Below are positions 10,112-17,744 of a DNA stretch of 38,255 nucleotides, piece by piece (position 1 is the first letter of the stretch; each line of letters opens with the position of its first letter). A program made the translations under genes and the position numbers. This DNA is from Chthonomonadaceae bacterium (GTDB taxonomy: Bacteria; Armatimonadota; Chthonomonadetes; Chthonomonadales; Chthonomonadaceae): NCBI GenBank assembly GCA_035650735.1, contig DASRGZ010000152.1, positions 1 to 38,255 of the forward strand. The letters run 5' to 3'. The notes below the pieces were generated by a model that saw nothing but the letters and a program-made list of their open reading frames with translations, had not been told where the DNA came from and ran no database searches.

Positions 10112-10145
10112 TAGGAAAATAGAAGGACTTTGCTAGCAGACCGGC

Positions 10146-11330
10146 TTAGTAGATCAGCACAAAGCTGCCGTCCGGGCGGGTGTAGGCCGTCAGCAGGCTC
10201 CAGGCAGGAACGCCTTCCGCCGCGCCCCGACTGCCGACCGGCCTGCCCTCCCGATCATACACCTGCCAGGCAAGCGAACCGCCCCGGTTCCAGCCCGTTC
10301 CTTCCGTCCAGGCGAATAGGGTCTGTCCCTGCGCGTTGGCGAGGATGACCGGATGCTTGCTCTGAACTGCCCCCGGAGCGACAATGGGTTTCGAGATGCT
10401 TCCGCTGGCAGGGCTGATCTGGCCGTAGTAGACCCGATTCTGCGTCTCCCAGGCCGCCAGGATACTCCCCTCGCCCTCAGAGAGCGCAAAGCTGCTCATC
10501 GGGCAGGCGTTGAGGTTCCACCTATCTACCAGCCGCTCCTGAAAAGTCGCGCCCCTATCGCGGGACAGCAGCAGCATCGTGTCCCGCCGGACGTTCTCCC
10601 CCGCCGCGCGATAGAGAATAGAGAGCACGCCGTTGTGATCCACGAAGGCGCGCATCCCGCAGCAACCGCAGGCTCCGGTCGGCTGTGGGTTGATCTGCCG
10701 CTCGCGGGGGAACGTCTTGCCGTTGTCGCGGGAGTGGGTCAGGAAGACAGCGCGTCCTGCCTCTCCGGCCTTGCTGCCGGGCGGTCCCGCGTGCCAGACG
10801 ACATAGACGTTTCCTGCTTTGTCTGCCGCCACCGAGCCGCCGCCATCCAGCCCGCCCGCCCAGGTGCTGAGGTTGCGCTGCGGTTCAAAAGCCGTTCCCT
10901 GGTCATTCAGGCGCGTATAGGCCATATAGAGACCGGGATAGCCGTTCGCGCCGGCCTTCCCCACGCCGTTCCACACCACATGGATGCGATCTCCCTGCCC
11001 AATCGCTATCTGCTCGCAGCGAATCGTGCCGATGGCGGTCACGCTGCCGGGCTGGCTGTTGACACGGATCGGCGCCGAGAGGGCTTTCTGCCCCGGCGTC
11101 ATGCGCAGATAGTACAGGTCTCCGGCTTCCGGTTTGCCTCTGAAGTAGACGAGATGGACCACGCCCCGGGAGTCCACCGCCGCCTGGGGCTGAATTCCCT
11201 TCTCCGGGACGCGCCATAGCGTTACCAGGTCGGCCTTCGCCTCGGCGCGTGCGGCAGGCAGCGCGCCTACTTTGATCCACAGGCTCAGAAGCGCCAGGCC
11301 GATGATCCCGTGCCATGCACGCATCCTCAT
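10146..11330 (-). CDS. Secreted BNR/Asp-box repeat (sialidase-fold) protein
   Basis: Signal peptide; SRDNGKTF and SRDRGATF Asp-boxes; ACGCCG and ACP motifs. Confidence 0.8.
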   Translation of the reverse strand: MRMRAWHGIIGLALLSLWIKVGALPAARAEAKADLVTLWRVPEKGIQPQAAVDSRGVVHLVYFRGKPEAGDLYYLRMTPGQKALSAPIRVNSQPGSVTAIGTIRCEQIAIGQGDRIHVVWNGVGKAGANGYPGLYMAYTRLNDQGTAFEPQRNLSTWAGGLDGGGSVAADKAGNVYVVWHAGPPGSKAGEAGRAVFLTHSRDNGKTFPRERQINPQPTGACGCCGMRAFVDHNGVLSILYRAAGENVRRDTMLLLSRDRGATFQERLVDRWNLNACPMSSFALSEGEGSILAAWETQNRVYYGQISPASGSISKPIVAPGAVQSKHPVILANAQGQTLFAWTEGTGWNRGGSLAWQVYDREGRPVGSRGAAEGVPAWSLLTAYTRPDGSFVLIY

Positions 11331-11379
11331 CTTACCTTTCTCCTTCGGTTCTCATTCCACAGTCCCGGTCTGCTCCGGT

Positions 11380-13926
11380 TCATAGGGCAGCCTGCGCGAT
11401 AACGAACGTCTTGATCTCAAAGGGGCCGAGATCGAAAGTAAAGGAGCGGCCCTCTGTACCCACCGGGAGAGGGCGTCCCTCCTTCTCAATCAAATTGGTC
11501 TCCTCCACGCTCTCGAGCCGTGCCCAGGAGCGCAGAACGACATTGGAGGCGGCGCGGCCTTCTGCCTCGTAGACGCGGACGACCGTTCCTGCCGGGCTGG
11601 CCCGGACCGCCGAAATCACCACGTTATCCGCCGAAACCGAGAACAGGCTCATCCGCTGCGGCAGCCGACCCGGCGCTGGCTTCACCTTGCGGGCCAGTAA
11701 GGGCCGGTTGAACTCCATTCCCTGCCGGTATATCTTTGCATCGCGCCAATCGCCGGCGTGCGGCACCAGCGCGTACTCAAAGGTGTGCTCCACGCCGATC
11801 TCGTAGCCATCCGTCGTCTTCGTGCTCTTGCGGAACCCGCCGACCTCGCCGTACCCTTCCTTGAGCGCGGTACACTTCAGCAGGGAGAGCAGCAGAACGC
11901 CGTCGTCAACGTTATTGCCCGGCAGCCCCTTATTCAGCAGCGCAATGCCTTTCCCCTCCCCGCTATAGTCTACCCAGTTCTGCGCCGGAAACTCTCCCTG
12001 GGGCCGCTCAATGGCGCCAAAGGGAATCTCCTGCGTGATGATGCCGTTTGCAAGGGTGGTCGGACAGGCGGCGCGATAGCGCACGCGCTCATCCTCATTG
12101 ACCAGCGTGGTCTGTATCTCCACGCGCGGGATGCCGGCGTAGAGGCGCACGCGCGTAGCGAAAAACCCCTTCCCGAAGGCGAAGCTGACGTTGTATTCTA
12201 CCCGCGCCCGCCCGTTGGTGACGCGCCCATCGCCGCCGTAGTGGTGGGAGAAGGCGGCGCGGCCCGAGTCCTCGTTGGGCAGCGGGTGGTCGCGGTTCAT
12301 GGGCAGGAAGGCGTCTCCCTTGCAGTGGCCGTTGTACTCCCAGAAGTTGCCGTTGTCCAGCTCCTTGACGACGGTGTTGCCGAACCGCCGGTCTTCCGGG
12401 ATGACCTCCCAACCGTTCCCCTTCGCAACCAGGCTGCGGATCGCCCCATTCCAGGCATCAATTTCCAGGCGGCAGAACTCATTTTCGATCACGTCCCGAT
12501 CAATCTCGGCCATGAAGACGTCCGGCTGGTTCGAATGTAGGGACGTTTCGGCCTGCTCCGCGCCTTTGCGCCGGATGCGGAAGACCTCATAGCCAAGCGA
12601 CGGCACCTGCTTTGCGACAAAGAGCACGGTGGCGCGCTTGATGCCGCCCGTCTCATAGCGCTCTGCGGAGATCAGGTCACTGACCATCAGCCTGCCGGAA
12701 GAGTCGCGAACCTCGACCTCAAACACATCCTTCTCGGAGAAGCCGACGGCGCACTCCGCTACGTCGTCTCGATCCCAGCTCAGCGGGTTGAAGACGACAA
12801 CGGGAACGCCGTCGCCGGTGGTGTCTATCTGCGCGGCGATCCCTTCCAGAGACGCTTCCAGGCAGCGGCTCGCCATCGCGTGCGAAGCCTTGTAGCGGTC
12901 TATGGTGTTGGCGTAGACTTTATCCACATGGGAGCCGCAGATGATGTCGTGGAATTGATTGAACAGCACGCCCTCCCAGGCTTGTGTTATCTGTTCGCCC
13001 TGAGACGCCTGGCCGAGCAGCGCGGCAAAGGCGTCGGCAAATTCGGCGTTTCCAAGTAACGTTTCCAGGCGGCGGTTCCATTGCTTGACGGCGATGCGCG
13101 CGCTGTAGCAGCCCTGAAAGACGGGGTTCAGGTCGCCCTCTAGCGTGGGGAAGTCGGCTAGGCCCTTGACGAGATCGAAATACTCGCGCGGCGTAGAGAC
13201 TACAAGTTTCACATCGTCATACGTCCGGTTGTATTCCTCAAACAGCCGTGTCACGTGCGGCTGAATAGGCGCAAGGTCGGCTCCGCTGAGGGCAAGCAGG
13301 TGGGGCGTCAGGGCGTGCTGTTTCAGGTACTTGAGGCGGGTATCGGCAAACTTCTTGAATTCGTGCAGATTGCCGGGCGCCGGATAGAGGATCGCGTAGC
13401 TGCTGCGCATCCAGTGGCAGAAGAGCTTCGAGCCGTCCAGTCCCTGCCACCAGTACTCGGTCGGGCCGTCGAAGGTGCCGATGCGCTGGAACACGTTGTG
13501 GTCGAAGCCGCACTTGCGCATAAGCTGCGGTATCTGCGGGTGCTGCCCAAAGGTGTCCAGCAGCCATCCGCAGCGCACATCCAGCCCTAATTCCCGCTCG
13601 CACCAGAATTTGCCCGCCATTACCTGCCGGATAAACGACTCGCCGGAGGGAATGTTGACATCCGGCATGGCGTGCATCCCGCAGGTGATCTCCAGCCGTC
13701 CCTCGGCGATCATCTGCTCGAAGAAGGCGCGCTCCTCCGGGTAGGTCTTCAGGAAGGGTTCGATGTAGCAGGTCTGGTCCAGCACGAACTTGAACTGCGG
13801 GTCCTGACGCATCGCGGCCAGCGCCCCCAACAGGACGGAGTAGCCGATCTCAAAGGTCTCCTCTCGCGTCAGGAAGACCTCCGCATCGTAGTGCGTGTGC
13901 GGCACATAGTGAACGGTGAATTTCAT
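11380..13926 (-). CDS. Glycoside hydrolase family 38 (alpha-mannosidase-like)
   Basis: HTHYD, GWLLDTFG nucleophile region, NQFHDIICGS, QEIPFGAIER; ATG at 13926. Confidence 0.92.
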   Translation of the reverse strand: MKFTVHYVPHTHYDAEVFLTREETFEIGYSVLLGALAAMRQDPQFKFVLDQTCYIEPFLKTYPEERAFFEQMIAEGRLEITCGMHAMPDVNIPSGESFIRQVMAGKFWCERELGLDVRCGWLLDTFGQHPQIPQLMRKCGFDHNVFQRIGTFDGPTEYWWQGLDGSKLFCHWMRSSYAILYPAPGNLHEFKKFADTRLKYLKQHALTPHLLALSGADLAPIQPHVTRLFEEYNRTYDDVKLVVSTPREYFDLVKGLADFPTLEGDLNPVFQGCYSARIAVKQWNRRLETLLGNAEFADAFAALLGQASQGEQITQAWEGVLFNQFHDIICGSHVDKVYANTIDRYKASHAMASRCLEASLEGIAAQIDTTGDGVPVVVFNPLSWDRDDVAECAVGFSEKDVFEVEVRDSSGRLMVSDLISAERYETGGIKRATVLFVAKQVPSLGYEVFRIRRKGAEQAETSLHSNQPDVFMAEIDRDVIENEFCRLEIDAWNGAIRSLVAKGNGWEVIPEDRRFGNTVVKELDNGNFWEYNGHCKGDAFLPMNRDHPLPNEDSGRAAFSHHYGGDGRVTNGRARVEYNVSFAFGKGFFATRVRLYAGIPRVEIQTTLVNEDERVRYRAACPTTLANGIITQEIPFGAIERPQGEFPAQNWVDYSGEGKGIALLNKGLPGNNVDDGVLLLSLLKCTALKEGYGEVGGFRKSTKTTDGYEIGVEHTFEYALVPHAGDWRDAKIYRQGMEFNRPLLARKVKPAPGRLPQRMSLFSVSADNVVISAVRASPAGTVVRVYEAEGRAASNVVLRSWARLESVEETNLIEKEGRPLPVGTEGRSFTFDLGPFEIKTFVIAQAAL

Positions 13927-13979
13927 AGCGCTTATCCTGCCTCTCCGGTCTTCCATGCACTCTGCTCTGTATGTGGCTG

Positions 13980-15308
13980 TCATGAGAGCAGCAGGTGCGG
14001 CTTTGCGATAAGCTGAGATACGCGCTGGAGGAACCGCGCCGCCGGCCCGCCGTCCACCAGGCGATGGTCGAAGGTGAGGCTGAGCCAGACGCATTGACGC
14101 ACCGCGATCTGATCCCCAACGACGGTCGGCTGCGGGCGGATTCGTCCTACGCCGAGGATGGCGCACTCCGGCAGGTTGATGATCGGCGTGAAGGCGTCAA
14201 TCGCGTACATGCCCAGGTTGGTCAGCGTAAACGTGCTGCCGCGCAGAGCCTCCGGCGGAATTTTGCCCTCGCGCGCCGCCTCGATCAGCGCGGCGGTTTC
14301 GCGGGCGATCTCTGCCAGCCCTTTGCGGTCCACATCCCGCACGACCGGCACGAGGAGTCCGCGCTCACTATCTACCGCCAGCCCGATATGCACGCGCTTC
14401 CAGACGGCAATGGTCTCTGCTTGCAAGGAAGCGTTCATGCGGGGGTGCTCGCGCAGGGCGCGGGCCAGGATGTACAGAAACAGATCGTTGTAGGAGACGG
14501 GGACGCCATCGGCTTTCAGGCTGACGCGCAGATCCACCAGCGCGGTCGCATCTATCTCGGAAGTCAGCGTGACCGGCGCCGTTTCTGTCGCACTCCGTAC
14601 CATCCGATCCGCGATCAGCCCGCGCACGCCGGCCAGAGGTATCTTCTCGGCCACATCCTCTTCCGCAGGGACCGCCGCACTCTCTTCAGTCGGCGGCCCG
14701 AGGGCACGGAGAATATCTTCCCGAACCACCTTCCCTCCCGCGCCCGTGCCGGTCAGTTGGGTCCAATCCACGTCCTTCTCCGCCGCGATGCGCCGCGCGA
14801 GCGGTGTGATGGCCGGAGGGGACGCCGAGTCCAGCGCGGCGTGCACATCCCGCTCCACGATGGCTCCTTCGGGTCCGGTGCCGCGTAGCGTGCGCCAGGC
14901 GACGCCTTGCTCCTCAGCCAGCCGCTTGGCACGGGGCGAGATGAAGATGCGCTCTCCTGCGCTTCCAGAAGGCGCACGCTGGAAATCCGGCTGACCTCTC
15001 TCCGCCTGCTCCGAACGGTTCGCGGGCCGCGCAGCGGCAGGGCCGGCGGCAGGCATCGTCCTGGACTCCTCGGACGTCGCGATAACGGCGATCCGGGTCA
15101 GGCAGGTGACTTCCGTTCCAGGCAGGCAGGCGACCTGGCGCAGCACGCCCGTCTCCGGAGCCTCGACATCCAGGACCGCCTTATCGGTCTCCACCGCAAA
15201 CAGTGGTTCGCCCTTCTGGACTGTCTCGCCCTCCTGCCTGTACCAGGAGACCAGTGTTAGCGTATCTACGTTGGTGCCCAGCGGCGGCACCAGCACATCT
15301 ACCGGCAT
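13980..15308 (-). CDS. Dihydrolipoamide acyltransferase (E2) of a 2-oxoacid/acetoin dehydrogenase complex
   Basis: Lipoyl motif VETDKA, two peripheral-subunit-binding repeats (SPRAKRLA..GTGPEG; TPLARRIA..GTGAGG), catalytic FDHRLVDG. Confidence 0.92.
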   Translation of the reverse strand: MPVDVLVPPLGTNVDTLTLVSWYRQEGETVQKGEPLFAVETDKAVLDVEAPETGVLRQVACLPGTEVTCLTRIAVIATSEESRTMPAAGPAAARPANRSEQAERGQPDFQRAPSGSAGERIFISPRAKRLAEEQGVAWRTLRGTGPEGAIVERDVHAALDSASPPAITPLARRIAAEKDVDWTQLTGTGAGGKVVREDILRALGPPTEESAAVPAEEDVAEKIPLAGVRGLIADRMVRSATETAPVTLTSEIDATALVDLRVSLKADGVPVSYNDLFLYILARALREHPRMNASLQAETIAVWKRVHIGLAVDSERGLLVPVVRDVDRKGLAEIARETAALIEAAREGKIPPEALRGSTFTLTNLGMYAIDAFTPIINLPECAILGVGRIRPQPTVVGDQIAVRQCVWLSLTFDHRLVDGGPAARFLQRVSQLIAKPHLLLS

Positions 15309-15789
15309 CTTCACCCCACGCGACCCCGAATGGGGATCGTAACTATTCCGCCTGCCCAGACGGGCGCTCTCTATACGCAGAAGGTCGCAAGCCCCAGCTA
15401 ATGCAAAACCAGCTTGTGTATAAGGCACGACCAACGCATATGCGCGGATACCTGCGTCGTTGTCTTTATGAGCCGTATACACGCGAGAGCCTGAAACTAT
15501 GGTTGCGTTCAGGGGCGGGGCGCAAAAAATCCAACCATTAGACTCAAGAACCGCCTCAAAGTTTCTCCTTATGTGATAAGACGCACACAAATGAGGGAAC
15601 AAAAGCCACACGGAAACCTATCCTAACCACGCTAAGCGAGTATACAGCGCTCCTGGCAGCCCGCCCCGCATGACCTTGCATTTCTATTTGGGTAATGGCC
15701 TGGCTTATTCGGCAGGCTAAACTCTGCCTATCCGGCCTCGCGCAAGGCGGAATGGCTGCTTTTGCGTACCAGATCATAAGGAGAATAGT

Positions 15790-16254
15790 ATGAAGAGCCT
15801 CAAAACGCTTCTGTACGTTGGTTTGCCTTCGGCCGCGCTGACGCTCTCCCTCTGGACGGCGGTGGCTCTCCAGAAGCCCAAAGCGCCCCCGCCCATGGGC
15901 CATCCGCACATGCAGGTTGCCCCCGGCGCTAGAAGGCTGCACAGTGAGCTGGAGCGCGTCAGCCAGGCTGCTGCCAGGAAGGGCCAGTATACCTGCTGCA
16001 TCAATCCGCCCTGCGAGTTCTGCGCCGTCCACATGGCCATGTGCCCCTGCGGGAAAAACCTCGCGGCGGGCAAGGCCGTCTGCCGCGAGTGTAAGGGCGG
16101 CTGGGACGTGGGCGAGGGCCGCATTCCGGGCGTGAACGCCGCCGAGGTGAAGGGCATGTCCGCCCAGCAGGTGGCGAGCATGATGAAGGGCCATATGGGC
16201 GGCGGCCATCGCGCCCCGCACCGCGCCGCCGGCCCTGGCGGAAGACACAGGTAA
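15790..16254 (+). CDS. Exported Cys-rich protein with His/Met-rich flanks, putative metal binder
   Basis: AAGGAG RBS, N-terminal hydrophobic segment, CC-x4-CxxC-x6-CxC-x10-CxxC (8 Cys), MGHPHM and MMKGHMGGGH. Confidence 0.85.
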   Translation: MKSLKTLLYVGLPSAALTLSLWTAVALQKPKAPPPMGHPHMQVAPGARRLHSELERVSQAAARKGQYTCCINPPCEFCAVHMAMCPCGKNLAAGKAVCRECKGGWDVGEGRIPGVNAAEVKGMSAQQVASMMKGHMGGGHRAPHRAAGPGGRHR

Positions 16255-16274
16255 CAGTAAACCGTCAAGCCATC

Positions 16275-16301
16275 GGGCCGGGCTGGCAAACGGCCCGGCC
16301 C
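16275..16301 (+). other. Strong intergenic hairpin without a U-tract
   Basis: GGGCCGGGCTG-GCAAA-CGGCCCGGCCC. Confidence 0.5.
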
Positions 16302-16341
16302 TGAGCTGCTCTGCGATCCAACCTTGCCGAGGGAGCCGCTT

Positions 16342-17115
16342 ATGTCCGCGTTCTCCTGGCCGGAAGTCCATGGCGCGCTGACCCATTTTCCGGTAGCCCT
16401 GCTGATCACCGCCTGCGTCTTCGAAATCGGGGCCGTCGTTTCTCAGAGACCGGCTTGGCGCACGGTGAGCTTCTGGCTGCTGGCAGCGGCAGTAGTGATG
16501 GCTTTGCCCACGCTGGCGGTCGGCTGGGTGGCCGGCGATACCCTTTTCGGCAAGACGCCGCGCCCGCCGGATATCTTCGTGCGGCACCGGGCCACTGCCT
16601 TTGCTACCTCGGGCCTGGCCCTGGCCTTACTTCTCTGGCGCATCGTCTCGAAGGATCGCCTGGAGGGATCGGCGCGGTGGGGTGCGGTGCTGCTGGCGCT
16701 GCTCGCCGCCGGAGGCGTGGGCTATACAGGCTACCTGGGGGGTCGGATGTTGTTTGGCAGCCAGAGCCAGGAGCAAGAGCACGCCGAGGAGCATGCCGAG
16801 GGGCACCGGGGCGCGCACGGGGAGGAACCTGCGGCCCCAGGCCAGCCACGCCCGGTAAGTCCCCAGTTGGCGGCAACTGGGCAGAAGCTCTTCCAGAGCC
16901 GCAACTGCCTCTCCTGCCATAAAATGAACGGCCAGGGCGGCACGCTCGGCCCGGATCTGACCCATGAGGGCCAGGCGCACCCGGATATGGGCTGGCAGAT
17001 CGCGCACTTAAAGCATCCCGACCAGGTACATCCCGGCTCGGTGATGCCCAGTTTCGCCTATCTTAAGCCCGAGGAGCTACAGGCATTGGCCGCTTTCCTG
17101 GTTACACGCAGGTAG
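16342..17115 (+). CDS. DUF2231-like four-TM protein fused to a class I cytochrome c
   Basis: HGALTHFP, TGYLGGRM, His/Glu-rich linker, CLSCH, GPDL, distal Met in SVMPSF. Confidence 0.85.
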   Translation: MSAFSWPEVHGALTHFPVALLITACVFEIGAVVSQRPAWRTVSFWLLAAAVVMALPTLAVGWVAGDTLFGKTPRPPDIFVRHRATAFATSGLALALLLWRIVSKDRLEGSARWGAVLLALLAAGGVGYTGYLGGRMLFGSQSQEQEHAEEHAEGHRGAHGEEPAAPGQPRPVSPQLAATGQKLFQSRNCLSCHKMNGQGGTLGPDLTHEGQAHPDMGWQIAHLKHPDQVHPGSVMPSFAYLKPEELQALAAFLVTRR

Positions 17116-17143
17116 CGTCACTCTCCTGATCAGGAGCGAGACG

Positions 17144-17701
17144 ATGAGCGATATCACGGCACGGGAACAGAGCCAGACCTCCCCGCAGGAAACCCATCAG
17201 AGCCGGCCCGCACAGCCCTCTCTTTTCGCCGGTTATGGCGGCGGCAAAGAGATGCCGCTAGGCGGTTACGCGGTCATTGCCGGGCTCTACGGCGCGGCGT
17301 TTGCAGGCTTCCTGCTGACAGCAAAGAAGGCGGATCGCCCTCTCCCGGAGCGGATAGGCCTCAAGGACATTCTGCTCCTAGGCGTGGCGACCCACAAGGT
17401 AAGCCGACTGATCACCAAAGACTGGGTCACCAGTCCCCTGCGCGCCCCTTTCACCGAGTACCAGGGCACTGCGGGAGCTGGCGAGGTCAAGGAGAAAGCG
17501 CGCGGCCAGGGGTTGCAGCGCGCGCTGGGCGATCTCTTCACCTGACCGTGGTGCATGGGGGCCTGGGTGGCCTCCCTGTTTAGCTACGGCCTGGTGCTCA
17601 AGCCGCGTCTGACGCGCCTGCTGGGCACGATGTTTACGGTAGAGGCGATCTCCGATTATCTCCAATTGGCCTACGAGGCCGCCAAAAAGCAGGAGAAGTA
17701 G
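17144..17701 (+). CDS. DUF1360 membrane protein with in-frame TGA (17543-17545); candidate selenoprotein with UxxC
   Basis: ATHKVSRLITKDWVTSPLRAPFT is DUF1360-like. The frame continues GDLFT*PWCMGAWVA... for 51 more codons with normal codon usage to TAG at 17699-17701 (185 aa). Confidence 0.8.
17546..17589 (+). promoter_or_regulatory. Bacterial SECIS-like hairpin
   Basis: Lower stem CCGTGG/CTACGG, upper stem GCA-T-GGGGGCC/GGCCTCC-C-TGT, apical loop TGGGT beginning 18 nt after the TGA. Confidence 0.65.
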
Positions 17702-17744
17702 CCGCGCGTCTCCCGCTCCCGGTTAACCTAACCCCGCGTCCCCT

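Noticed and set aside
13927..14166. Long N-terminal extensions of the GH38, E2, S41 and GGDEF ORFs given by the ORF track
   Set aside because: They overlap neighbouring genes or lack domain similarity; downstream starts fit better.
17144..17545. 133-aa protein ending at TGA, as in the ORF track
   Set aside because: The domain is incomplete and coding signal continues in frame; treated as read-through. A simple nonsense mutation remains the alternative.
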